Assembly (NCBI GenBank): GCA_050506795.1
Contig: JBJHCF010000009.1
Span: 65,801-129,800 of the forward strand
Reading direction: 5' to 3'
DNA length: 64,000 nucleotides
Origin: Opitutia bacterium
Lineage (GTDB): Bacteria; Verrucomicrobiota; Verrucomicrobiia; Opitutales; T3Sed10-336
Position 1 is the first letter of the stretch, and every line of letters begins with the position of its first letter. This document shows positions 50,065 to 59,954 of the stretch, in pieces. The translations under genes were made by a program, and so were the position numbers. The notes beneath the pieces were generated by a model. The model was not told the DNA's origin. It saw only the letters and a program-made list of their open reading frames with translations, and made no database searches.

Positions 50065-53000
50065 ACAGCATTTTGGATATTGGATCGCGGATTTTGGATT
50101 TCCGGAAAGCCGTCATTTCCGGGTTGGGACTTTTGTTCCTGATCTCGGGCGTGGCGCAGGCGCAGCAGCAGTTCGACGGCTGGTGTGCACGGGTGAAAAT
50201 CGAGATCGAGCAGGAAATGACCCTGGAGCGGATCGGATTTGAGGCCACGCTTACGGTCACAAACAACGACGGTGAAGATGCGATCACCGATTTCTTCGCC
50301 AATCTGACCTTCGAGGACCCGGATAATCCCGGGCAGGATGCGTCGGACCTCTTTTTCGTGCGCAGCCCGCAGTTGGAGTTTATCAACAGCGTGAACGGCG
50401 ACGGTGTCATTCAACCCACCCGGACCGCGGTGATTCGCTGGTTCATCATCCCCAAGATCAACGCCGGAGGCACCGATCCGCGGGGCAAGGTGTATCGCGT
50501 CGGATGCAATCTCGGCGGCAAGCTGGGCGGAGTCGAAATTCCCCGTGAGAACATGCTGGTGATTCCAGACAACATCACCGTGCGCCCGGAACCCCAGTTG
50601 CAGATCACCTACTTCATGCCGCGGGATGTGCAGGCGAACAACCCTTTCACCGAGCGCGTGGAAAGCCCGGTCCCGTTCACTCTCGGCGTGCTGGTGACCA
50701 ACGTCGGTTACGGCACCGCCCACGACCTGCAAATCGATTCGCAGCAACCGAAGATCGTGGAGAATCTCCAGGGCCTGCCCCTGGTCGCGCAATTGCTGGG
50801 GGCTCGGGTGATGGATTCACCCCTTGACCGGGCCAGCCTGGTAGTGGACCTCGGTGATATCGAGCCGGGCCAGACCCGGAAAGGGGCCTGGGACATGATC
50901 ACTTCGCTCTCCGGAGAGTTCATCGAGTTCAACGCCACCTACACCCACGCGTCCGAACTCGGGGGTGAGGAAACCTCGGTGATCGCTTCGCTGGACGCGC
51001 ATTTCATCTTGCGAGAGGTCCTCAACGATCAGCCCGGGCGGGATAATATCCTGGATTTTCTGGCTGTTACCGACCGCAACAGCGAAATGATTCCGGACGC
51101 CCTTTACGAAAGTGAGGGCAATATCCTCCCGGTAAATCACCAGACCCAGTTTGAAGTGTTGCAGGAACTCGACGAGGAACTGGAGTTTGTCATCGGGCTG
51201 GTTTCGGGATTTGAAGGCTGGGGGTACCTTCGGCTCGACGATCCGGCGCAGGGTAACTACGACATCGCGCGCGTTACCCGTTCCGACGGCCGCGTCGTGC
51301 ACGAACGCAACGCCTGGACCAGTTTCCGCTACCAACCGGTGACCAACCGGCGGCTGGATTACCTGCACATCTTCGACCTCATGGACGACGGGCAGTACTA
51401 CGAGTACACGGTGGAATACGCCCCAGCCGAGGAGGATACCGAACCGCCGGTTACCGAGATCCTGTTTGCCGGCGAACATACCCGGGTCGGCGGCGTGGTG
51501 TACGTGACTCGCGATACCGAAATTTATTTCATCGCCGAGGACGCCAGCCCGGTCAGCATGTTCTACAAGATTAACGACGACGAGTTTCGTCCGGCCATGC
51601 CGTTCTCGCTCGACGCTCCGGGCAGCTACACCATCACCTATTATTCCGAGGACGCTTTTGGCAACGTCGAGGACGAGAAGGTCCAGTTGGTGGTATTGTC
51701 CGAGGCGCCTCCCGGATTCGACGAGTTCGACGACACGGACCTGCTGCTGGTGCAGAGCGGCGACACGCTTTCAGTGCGTCCCTCCGAAGCCGACCTCGGG
51801 TTCTCCGTCGATCCCACGCCGTTCGCGGTGGAGGCCCGGGCCGATATCTTTCAGGGAGTGGTTGCCTGGCCGCGGGTGATCGGGGTTCCGCCGTCGCCGA
51901 CCTCCAGTGACGAGGTATCCCTGACCATTACCGGCGCGCAGGTTGATTTTTACCGTTATCGCCTGAACGGCGGCGACTGGTCGGCGGAGGCGTCCGCCGC
52001 GGAACCCCTCGAGCTGGAAGGCCTTTCCGGCGGGGTGGAACTGGAGATCCTGGCGCGTTCCGCCCACGGCGCCTACCTGCCGGCTGACGAGGCGCTGGTG
52101 TTGAATTGGAGCGTGTCCGGAAGCGGATACGCCTTTGTCCTGGACGGCATGCCGGCGATCCCGGTGACCGAGAGCCGGGCGGAAATCCTGGTCGGTGGCG
52201 ACGGGTTGGAACTCTATAGGTGGCGTCCCGATAATGATTTCTTCCGGGCGGAGGCCGCCACGAATGTGCCGGTCGAGATCGACCCGCTGGTCTCCGGCGA
52301 TCGGATACTCGACTTTATCGGCCGGTGGAACGGGACCTGGCAGGACACCTCATCCCCGAGTCGTTTGTCCTTTACCGTGGATCCCGCCTACGGGTCCGAT
52401 ATGTCAACCCTGACCCTGGTGCGCAGTTTCGATCTCGGCGAACTGGAGACCGATGAAGTCGCGCTGGTCTGGGACGGGACCGACGACGGCGGACGGGCGG
52501 TGGCATCGGGGTGGTACACCGTTCGGGTGACGCTCGACGACAGTCTCGGACGAAGCAGCCACCGGACCCGGTTGGTGCATGTGGGTGATATGGCGGCCGA
52601 TGCTTCGCTCCTGGCCGGCGCGGCCGATGGCGCCTCGAGACCGCACGCCCGCGGCGACTGGGCGGTCTGGCAGGACCGCACCGAGGGCGCCTGGAACATT
52701 CGGGCGCGCGATCTCGGAGATTCCGAGGCGACGACTTTGGCGATCACTTCCGGTTCGAGAGACCAGACCCATCCGGCCACCGATGGACGTTATGTGGTCT
52801 GGCAGGGGCGGCGTTCCGGCGGGGCCTGGGATGTCTGGCTGGAGGACCTCGAAGGACCGGCCGGTCCGGTGCAACTGACCGATTCCAGCTCGCGGCACGC
52901 GACCCAACCCCTGGTGGACGCCCCCTGGGTGGTCTGGAGGGAGCGTTCGGTGACCGATTCGGAAGCTCCCTGGCAGTTGGTGGCGCATCATTTGGACAGC

Positions 53001-54044
53001 GGAGAATCCTTTACCGTATACGCGGGACCGGAGGACCAGGGGGAAGCCGATTTGCGGGCGGGCCGGCTGGTCTGGCGGGACCAGCGCGATGTGGGGCCGG
53101 GTGAAATCTATTTCGCGGACCTGGAAACCGGTGAACGCCTACGGCTGACCGAGTCCATTCACGGGCAATTCCACCCGGCCGTGGCCGGCCATTGGGTGGT
53201 TTGGCAGGACACCCGGCACGGGGTGTTGGATATTTACGGATACGATTTTCTGCAGGGGCGGGAAGTTCGTCTGACGGAGACGCCGGAGAATGAAGCGCTT
53301 CCGCACCTGGAAGGGTACTGGATGGTGACCGAGGAAGACGGCGCCGGGTTTGGGACCGGGAATTTCCGTCTTTTCCACCTGGAGGCCGGACGTTCGGTGC
53401 CGTTGACCCGGTCGGCGCGCGAGAAAGCCCATCCCGGTTTCGCGGCCGGACATTTCGTGTGGGAGGAGACCGGCGACGAAGGCACGGTGATTCGCGCGGC
53501 CCGACTGCCCGCGTTGCAGGCGGTGTTCGCCGACAACAACGCGGTTGTGGTGACGGCGGGTCTGGCGGAACGATTCGATTCGGCCTTCGCCCTGCTGGAG
53601 AACTGGCGCGACAGCGCCGGAGTGCAGGCCGTCGGACGTTATCAGAGCCTGGTTCCCGAAGTGGTGCGGGAAACGGCGGAATGGAACGGCGGGACCGCGG
53701 GCGACGATTTTCCCATCGAGGAAGGGGATTTCCTGTGGATTCGTTTCGACGACAACCGTTTGATCGAGCTGGGTGAACGGGAAACCGGCGCCGTCGATCT
53801 GGCGGCGGGCGTGAACGCGGTGAGCTACTCCGCATTCCCGGCGGGTTTCCGGGTCTCCCGGGCGGTGGAGCAGTTGGGGCCCAACAACGTGGAAGCCATT
53901 CGTATGTTGGATTCCCGGAATGGGCGCTGGGTGGCGGTCACGATAGAGAACGGCTCCCTGACGGGTCCCGATTTTGCGATTCCCGAAGCGGCCCTGTTGT
54001 TGGTGGAAGTCAAAGAAGCCGTATCCGGCTGGAAACCCGAATGA
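50061..54044 (+). CDS. Secreted 1,327-aa multidomain partner protein
   Basis: ATGA overlap with the giant gene and GGAGG RBS; signal peptide; CARVKIEIEQEMTLER; Ig-like DTEPP unit; FlgD-Ig-like WDGTDDGG..VASGWY; beta-propeller repeats Q.HPA..G.WVVWQD.R. Confidence 0.9.
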   Translation: MNSILDIGSRILDFRKAVISGLGLLFLISGVAQAQQQFDGWCARVKIEIEQEMTLERIGFEATLTVTNNDGEDAITDFFANLTFEDPDNPGQDASDLFFVRSPQLEFINSVNGDGVIQPTRTAVIRWFIIPKINAGGTDPRGKVYRVGCNLGGKLGGVEIPRENMLVIPDNITVRPEPQLQITYFMPRDVQANNPFTERVESPVPFTLGVLVTNVGYGTAHDLQIDSQQPKIVENLQGLPLVAQLLGARVMDSPLDRASLVVDLGDIEPGQTRKGAWDMITSLSGEFIEFNATYTHASELGGEETSVIASLDAHFILREVLNDQPGRDNILDFLAVTDRNSEMIPDALYESEGNILPVNHQTQFEVLQELDEELEFVIGLVSGFEGWGYLRLDDPAQGNYDIARVTRSDGRVVHERNAWTSFRYQPVTNRRLDYLHIFDLMDDGQYYEYTVEYAPAEEDTEPPVTEILFAGEHTRVGGVVYVTRDTEIYFIAEDASPVSMFYKINDDEFRPAMPFSLDAPGSYTITYYSEDAFGNVEDEKVQLVVLSEAPPGFDEFDDTDLLLVQSGDTLSVRPSEADLGFSVDPTPFAVEARADIFQGVVAWPRVIGVPPSPTSSDEVSLTITGAQVDFYRYRLNGGDWSAEASAAEPLELEGLSGGVELEILARSAHGAYLPADEALVLNWSVSGSGYAFVLDGMPAIPVTESRAEILVGGDGLELYRWRPDNDFFRAEAATNVPVEIDPLVSGDRILDFIGRWNGTWQDTSSPSRLSFTVDPAYGSDMSTLTLVRSFDLGELETDEVALVWDGTDDGGRAVASGWYTVRVTLDDSLGRSSHRTRLVHVGDMAADASLLAGAADGASRPHARGDWAVWQDRTEGAWNIRARDLGDSEATTLAITSGSRDQTHPATDGRYVVWQGRRSGGAWDVWLEDLEGPAGPVQLTDSSSRHATQPLVDAPWVVWRERSVTDSEAPWQLVAHHLDSGESFTVYAGPEDQGEADLRAGRLVWRDQRDVGPGEIYFADLETGERLRLTESIHGQFHPAVAGHWVVWQDTRHGVLDIYGYDFLQGREVRLTETPENEALPHLEGYWMVTEEDGAGFGTGNFRLFHLEAGRSVPLTRSAREKAHPGFAAGHFVWEETGDEGTVIRAARLPALQAVFADNNAVVVTAGLAERFDSAFALLENWRDSAGVQAVGRYQSLVPEVVRETAEWNGGTAGDDFPIEEGDFLWIRFDDNRLIELGERETGAVDLAAGVNAVSYSAFPAGFRVSRAVEQLGPNNVEAIRMLDSRNGRWVAVTIENGSLTGPDFAIPEAALLLVEVKEAVSGWKPE

Positions 54045-54925
54045 GTATTTCACGAGTCATGAAAACGTTTTTTCAATTCACGGCCATCACTGTGCTGGCG
54101 ACCTCCACATCCCTGTGGGCGGACATCGGACCATCCGATCTGGCGGAACGCCTGGCAAACGGGGAATCGATCGCGCTGATCGACGTGCGTGGTCAAAGCG
54201 CCTTTACCGAGAACCACATTCCCGGCGCCATGAACATGCCGGAACGGATCTTCCAGGCGCGGAGGTTGCCGTCCTCCCGGGCGATCGTCATTTACGACGA
54301 CGGCCTCGGCCGCGCCGACGCCTCGGCCGCGGTGATCGCGGCACGGGAAAGGGGGCGTAACGATGTCTTGCGTTTGCGTGGCGGTTTGGCGGCCTGGGAA
54401 TCGGCCGGCCTGCCCACCACCGGCGAAAAGGGATTCAGGTCGCAATCGGTGCCGATGATGCTTTATGCTGATTTGGTGCGCGGGCAGGGCCGCGGGGTGA
54501 CGTTGCTCGACGTTCGTGCGGAACCCTCGCCCCCGCAGGGAGGGGCGGTTCCCTTGTCCGGCGGCCCGGCGTTGACCGATTTGGGAACGCTACTTCCGCA
54601 GGCCCGGGTGTTGCGGCCGGGCGGTCGTCCGGACCCGCAAGGGGGCGCGGTTCCTTTGTCCGGAGGAGGCGAACTGGCGGCGAATGTTACGGCGATCGAT
54701 CCCGAAGCGGAATTGATCGTGGTCATCGACAGCGGCGACGGCGCCGGCGAGGACGTGGTGCGGCGGATACGCGCATCGGGCAATCGCCGGGTGGTCCTGC
54801 TGGCCGGCGGCGAGCGCATACTGAGCCGGGAAGGACGTCCGGGCCTGGAGCGACGTTCACTGGGCATCCAGGTAATCGATGCGTCACAGGTGGAAAATCG
54901 GGAAGAAGGGGAGAGCGATCAGTGA
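54041..54925 (+). CDS. Secreted tandem rhodanese-like protein lacking the catalytic Cys
   Basis: IDVR...F...HIPGA and LRGGLAAW; second LLDVR domain; active-site positions read YDDG and IDSG; ATGA overlap. Confidence 0.85.
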   Translation: MSISRVMKTFFQFTAITVLATSTSLWADIGPSDLAERLANGESIALIDVRGQSAFTENHIPGAMNMPERIFQARRLPSSRAIVIYDDGLGRADASAAVIAARERGRNDVLRLRGGLAAWESAGLPTTGEKGFRSQSVPMMLYADLVRGQGRGVTLLDVRAEPSPPQGGAVPLSGGPALTDLGTLLPQARVLRPGGRPDPQGGAVPLSGGGELAANVTAIDPEAELIVVIDSGDGAGEDVVRRIRASGNRRVVLLAGGERILSREGRPGLERRSLGIQVIDASQVENREEGESDQ

Positions 54926-56799
54926 AAGGACCATTCTGCATCAGACCGCGTGGAAGGAATTCCGGGTTCGTTCGTTTGCTGGGCCGATGGACGGCGGCCG
55001 GATGCCTGATGGCGTCAGCCGCAAGCGTGCATGCGGATCCCGAAGCGGGGAATGTGACCCGCGACGGCTTCACGGTTTTCTGGGAAGGCGCTTCCGAGGG
55101 GATTCCGGAAGTCCGGGTGTTTGCGGATGAGGCCGGTGTGGACCCGTTGAGCGAAGGGGTGCGCCGGGAGCGGTTTCCGCTGGCGGAACCGGTGGGACCA
55201 TACAGCGACGTGGCCGAGCGCGCCCAACGCCGGGCCCTGCGCACGGCCCAGGCGGAGCGAGGGCTGCTCGCGGTTCGGGTAACCGGATTGGCGTCCGATA
55301 CGGAGTACCATGTTCAGGCCGGAACGCTCGACACATCGGGAGCTTTCACCGCCGCCCACGAGGGACTTGTGCCGGTAAGGACCGCTCCGTCGACCCCGTT
55401 CTCGGTGGACTACCGGCAGGTGATTGTCGACTTTCAGGATGAATCGGCCGCCGGGTCCCTGGCGGTGCTGCGGGCGCCCGGCGCCCTGGGGCCCCTGGTG
55501 GCGGTGGTGGGCGACTCCTCCGGGGGCGCCGCCAGGGCGCGGTTTTCGCTGGCCGGGCTGCTGGATGAAGCGACCGGGCAGCCGTTGAACCCGGATACGG
55601 AATGGTCGTTTTCGGTGACCCACCTGCCGGGCGATGGCTCCGCGCCCCTGATGCCCGGAAGCGCGCCCCACGACGGGTCCTTCCAGGTGGCGCGGGCCAC
55701 GACGCTGCTTTTCGAGATGCCGGTCGACGTCGACATCGCGGAGTTCGTCTTTGCCCCGATTGGCGACCAGATGGCCGGCCAACCTTTCGCCGTGACCCTT
55801 GAGGCGAGGGATTCCGCGGGCGATCTGATGGAAGTGTTTGAGGGGACCGTGACTCTGGAATCAAACGGACGCCTGGAAGCCGGAGCGACCACCGCGAGTT
55901 TTGCCGGCGGGGTGTTGCAGGGGCACGAAGTGATCATCGGCAACACGGGGGATTTTCGTTTGACCGCGCGGCATGACGCCAGCGGGGCGGAAGGGGAAAG
56001 CGAGCTTTTCGCGGTCAAGACCGACTGGGAAAACTGGATGGCGCTTTACGGAGATCCGGAGGCGGGAGATTCATTGCGGGATCAGCGACTGGCGGATCCT
56101 GAGGGAAGCGGACAGCCCGCGTTGATGCGTTATGCGTTCGATTTGCCCTTCGATGCCTACGAGACGGCGCCGGTGTTGCACGACACCGTGGAAGAGGACG
56201 GTGAGCGTTACCTGACGGTGCGTTTCCGTCGTCTGCGGTACGCGCCGGATGTGCGGTACCTGGTAATGGCCAGCGACACTATGAGCGAGTGGGAAGTGAT
56301 CGAAGTGATCGAACCGGGAACTCCGGAGTGGGTTACGGTGAGCGACGAAAATCCTATCGGCGCGGAGGACAGTCGTTTTATGCGGGTGGGGCTGGTTGCC
56401 GGTGCCACGTTTGATTTCTGGCGAACCGGGGAATTCGGTATCGCGGCTTTGAACGATCCGGAGGTGAGCGGCAAGTTCGCCGACCCCGGCAATCACGGCG
56501 TGAACAACCTTGAGCGCTACGCATTGGGCATGGGGGGCCTGGATCCGGACCTGGGACGCGCGCCCGAACGACGGATCGTGTCCGAAGGCGGGGTCGATTA
56601 CCAGGAGCTTCACTTCGAGCGCCTCCCGGCTGGAGAAGACGTGCGGTACCGGGTGGAGGCGACCTCCGATTTTCCCCACTGGGAAACCATCGATGAGTTC
56701 GGGCCCGGACAACCGGTGGCGATGGCCGTGCGCGACACCCAACCGGTTCCGGAAAGCGGATACCGCATTATGCGACTCGTAATTGAAGAGGCTCCCTGA
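54922..56799 (+). CDS. Secreted FN3/Ig protein with two copies of a C-terminal domain
   Basis: GTGA overlap; VTGLASDTEYHV FN3; AGQPFAVTLEARD Ig; twice ADP....L.RYA...L.F.RL...VRY.V.A...W...MR. Confidence 0.8.
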   Translation: MKGPFCIRPRGRNSGFVRLLGRWTAAGCLMASAASVHADPEAGNVTRDGFTVFWEGASEGIPEVRVFADEAGVDPLSEGVRRERFPLAEPVGPYSDVAERAQRRALRTAQAERGLLAVRVTGLASDTEYHVQAGTLDTSGAFTAAHEGLVPVRTAPSTPFSVDYRQVIVDFQDESAAGSLAVLRAPGALGPLVAVVGDSSGGAARARFSLAGLLDEATGQPLNPDTEWSFSVTHLPGDGSAPLMPGSAPHDGSFQVARATTLLFEMPVDVDIAEFVFAPIGDQMAGQPFAVTLEARDSAGDLMEVFEGTVTLESNGRLEAGATTASFAGGVLQGHEVIIGNTGDFRLTARHDASGAEGESELFAVKTDWENWMALYGDPEAGDSLRDQRLADPEGSGQPALMRYAFDLPFDAYETAPVLHDTVEEDGERYLTVRFRRLRYAPDVRYLVMASDTMSEWEVIEVIEPGTPEWVTVSDENPIGAEDSRFMRVGLVAGATFDFWRTGEFGIAALNDPEVSGKFADPGNHGVNNLERYALGMGGLDPDLGRAPERRIVSEGGVDYQELHFERLPAGEDVRYRVEATSDFPHWETIDEFGPGQPVAMAVRDTQPVPESGYRIMRLVIEEAP

Positions 56800-56842
56800 T
56801 TTGGAATTGCACGATTTATTGAACAACCGAGACTGAAAAACC

Positions 56843-57586
56843 ATGAAGACGATAAAGCTTTGGATTGTTCCGGCGGTACTGGGGTGGCTGGCGGCCGCTT
56901 CCTCCGGATATGCCTTGGTGCTGTTCGGGGATCCGGCGGATTACCAGACCGAGTTCGAACAGGTGCAGGGCTCTCTGGGTACGGTGTCGTCTTCGGGCGG
57001 TTCGAGTGAGACCCTGCGGGTTTTCAGTCAGGACACCGGCGGATTTCTCCTCGAAGCCGGCCGGCCGATCTTTCAGTTCGATCTGTCCACTTTGAACCAG
57101 CCCCTGGCTTCGGCCGTATTGGCGCTGGAACTGTTGTCCGTCGAGACCAACACCGACTACGGCATTGAGGTTTGGGGCGCCGGCGGTAACTTCGACGGTC
57201 CCCTGATGGCGGGCGAAAGCGGCGCCGCCGGGCAATACGCGGCTTCCGGATACCTGCAGGCGGCCCCGGGGTCTTTCGTGGACCAGGAAACGGCAGTGGG
57301 CAAGGTATTGGCCGATATCACCGGCTATTTGAATGCCCGGTACGAAGAATTCGCGACAGGAGGGGAGTCCTGGGTTTATTTGCGGCTGCAACCGAGCCAA
57401 GACTTTGTCGCCGGTTCGGGCGTGAACGCCTCCTTTACCTTCGCGTCCGCCGATCATTTGAATGACGCTTTCCATCCCCGGATCGAAATCACCCCCGTTC
57501 CCGAACCGGCCCACGCGGTTCTGCTTGCCGGATTGGCTGCGTTTTTTCTTGTTTGGCGCCGGATTAAAACGGCGGGCGCCAAATAA
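56843..57586 (+). CDS. PEP-CTERM protein
   Basis: Signal peptide; C-terminal VPEPAHAVLLAGLAAFFLVWRRIK. Confidence 0.88.
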   Translation: MKTIKLWIVPAVLGWLAAASSGYALVLFGDPADYQTEFEQVQGSLGTVSSSGGSSETLRVFSQDTGGFLLEAGRPIFQFDLSTLNQPLASAVLALELLSVETNTDYGIEVWGAGGNFDGPLMAGESGAAGQYAASGYLQAAPGSFVDQETAVGKVLADITGYLNARYEEFATGGESWVYLRLQPSQDFVAGSGVNASFTFASADHLNDAFHPRIEITPVPEPAHAVLLAGLAAFFLVWRRIKTAGAK

Positions 57587-57734
57587 GGGAGTCCGAGAAA
57601 GCCGGCTCGGCCGTCGCTGAACGCATCCAAAGCTCGCAGATAAAAGACCGTGACCCAACCCGGTGGCGCGTTGCTTTCGTCCTTGTCCGGGACAATCCGA
57701 TCTGATAATGCCTAGGGTCTAATTACCTTAGAAT

Positions 57735-59774
57735 ATGCGCCAAACTCTCAGGGGCGTTATCGGTTTCCCGACGGCAATGCTGCAGGCGGTCGCTTTCAGT
57801 ATTGGAGGCGCTTGCTTTCAACCTTCGACTGCAACCGGCGAATCCGTCGGCGGATTTCGCGATATTTCAGCGTCTTCGGGCTTGAATCATGTTCAGCGTC
57901 AGGAGGTTGGGGATACAAGCCCGAAATTGATCAGCGGCGGGGGTGCGGTCGGAGATTTTTTCGGAAACGGGCGCAACGATCTCTTTTTGACCCGTCACGA
58001 CAACACGGACCTTTTCTACATGAACCGGGGCGACGGAACTTTCGAGAACCGTACCCAGGAAGTGTTTGGTGGAAATCCGCCCGGTTTGCACACCAATGGG
58101 GCGCTGCTGGCCGATTTGACCAACAACGGATATCTCGATCTCTATGTCACCACGAACGGCGGCGGGCGCCATTACCTTTATATCAACGATGGCGGGGGGA
58201 TGTTGTCGGAAGAAGGAATCGAGAGGGGCGCCGTGCTGGACGCCCGGAGATCAATCCTTTACGGGATGAGCGTAACGGCAGGGGATTACACCGGAAACGG
58301 TTACCTCGATCTTTTTGTCAGCGATTGGAGTGCCGGAGAGTCCCGCAACCGGCTGCTGCGAAACCGCGGCAGCGAGGCGCCGGGTTATTTTGAGGATGTC
58401 ACCGAGGCGGCCGGCCTGGGCGGACCTCACAGCCGTTGGGGTTTTGGAGCGCGTTTCGCCGACATGAACCGGAACGGGCGCCTGGATCTGATTCCCTACA
58501 ACGATTTTGCCGGTGATTTTTACCACGGCAGGAATCAGTTTTTCTGGAATTCCGGGAATGGGACCTTCCGGAATGCGGTGGACGAGACGGGCACAACCGT
58601 CGGCACTCACGAAATGGGAATCACCGTCGCCGATCTCAACAACAACGGGTGGTTGGATATCTTTCTGACGGATATCGCCCGCAATATCCTCTACCGCAAC
58701 GACATTCATCTGGGTAGACGCGGATTTTACTTTACCGAGCTTGGAAGCACCGCCGGGGTCAATGTGAAGCCCGCATGGGGGTGGGGGACCTCGAGTATCG
58801 ATCATGACAACAACGGGTTGCGCGATCTGGTGTCGGTGAATGGCTGGATGGCTCAGGAGGAGGCGCATTTCTTTCGCAACAACGGTGAACCGGAGCTATC
58901 GTTCACCCGGTTGACCGACCGGGTCGGACTGCACGGGAAACGCCTTGGCCGGGGGGTGATCGTGGCCGATTTCACCGGCAACGGCTGGCAGGACATTCTG
59001 ATCATCAACCACGCGGCTCGCCCGGAACTGTTCGAGAACCTGGGAGGCGACAATGACTGGTTGCGCATCAACCTCAGGGGAACGGTTTCCAACCGTCAGG
59101 GGATAGGAGCCTGGATTACGGTGACACCGGATCTGGCGGCCCCGGAGGTGCAATATGTGCATGAGGTCAACCTGGAAGCGAATTTCCTATCCCACAGCGA
59201 AACGACCGCTCATTTTGGCCTGGGCAAAATGGCCGCGGGGACTGTGGATCATGTCCACATTCGCTGGCCGAGCGGAGTGGAGCAGGACTTCTTCGATGTG
59301 GAGATCAATCAGGTGCACGCTTTTGTGGAAGAAGTCCCGGCCACGTCCCCCGAGCGGGAACGATTCGACGCCGCGGCGGCCGCCGCCGGGCTGAGCGGGC
59401 CCGCGGCTGAACCCAAAGCCGTTCCGTTTGGTGACGGCGCCAGGAACCTGATCAAATACGCGTTCAACCTCGACCTTTCCGGACCGGACCGTCGCCTGCT
59501 GACACCGGGAGGCGATGAGACCGCCGGGTTACCTGCCGTATACCGAAAAGAAGACGAGGAGGGCGCGTTTCTGGTTATCGAGTTCCTTCGTCGCCGTGAC
59601 AGTGACCTCGTGTACACGCCCTACTGGTCCGTCGATCTCCACAACTGGCAGCCTATTGCAGCCCTCCCGGTCGTGACCGGGATCGATTCGGACTGGGAGC
59701 GCGCTGTGGTTTCCCTCCCTCTCCACCCCACCGACTCCCGGTGTTTTGGAAAGGTGCGCGTTACGCTGCCATGA
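57735..59774 (+). CDS. CRTAC1-family FG-GAP repeat plus ASPIC/UnbV protein
   Basis: Repeated (G/A)D..NNG.LDL; WLRINLRG..SNRQGIGA...HFGLG...IRWPSG; C-terminal NLIKYAF...FGKVRV domain. Confidence 0.88.
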   Translation: MRQTLRGVIGFPTAMLQAVAFSIGGACFQPSTATGESVGGFRDISASSGLNHVQRQEVGDTSPKLISGGGAVGDFFGNGRNDLFLTRHDNTDLFYMNRGDGTFENRTQEVFGGNPPGLHTNGALLADLTNNGYLDLYVTTNGGGRHYLYINDGGGMLSEEGIERGAVLDARRSILYGMSVTAGDYTGNGYLDLFVSDWSAGESRNRLLRNRGSEAPGYFEDVTEAAGLGGPHSRWGFGARFADMNRNGRLDLIPYNDFAGDFYHGRNQFFWNSGNGTFRNAVDETGTTVGTHEMGITVADLNNNGWLDIFLTDIARNILYRNDIHLGRRGFYFTELGSTAGVNVKPAWGWGTSSIDHDNNGLRDLVSVNGWMAQEEAHFFRNNGEPELSFTRLTDRVGLHGKRLGRGVIVADFTGNGWQDILIINHAARPELFENLGGDNDWLRINLRGTVSNRQGIGAWITVTPDLAAPEVQYVHEVNLEANFLSHSETTAHFGLGKMAAGTVDHVHIRWPSGVEQDFFDVEINQVHAFVEEVPATSPERERFDAAAAAAGLSGPAAEPKAVPFGDGARNLIKYAFNLDLSGPDRRLLTPGGDETAGLPAVYRKEDEEGAFLVIEFLRRRDSDLVYTPYWSVDLHNWQPIAALPVVTGIDSDWERAVVSLPLHPTDSRCFGKVRVTLP

Positions 59775-59954
59775 GGCGTCCCTGATGTACCCGACGGGCG
59801 TTGTGCGTCCGGTGAAGTGAAGGCATGCCTTCGAGGCGTAAACCGAATGGCCGTCTCGCGAAAATAAATCAAAAAAATGTTGACCTGATTCGGTTTCTTC
59901 GGCAGCAAAACAATAAGTTTGCTTTTCGTTTTTCTTCATTACCACCACGCCAAG

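Noticed and set aside
57683..57695. Palindrome TTGTCC-G-GGACAA upstream of the CRTAC1 gene
   Set aside because: Short, single and plausible by chance, with no supporting copy.
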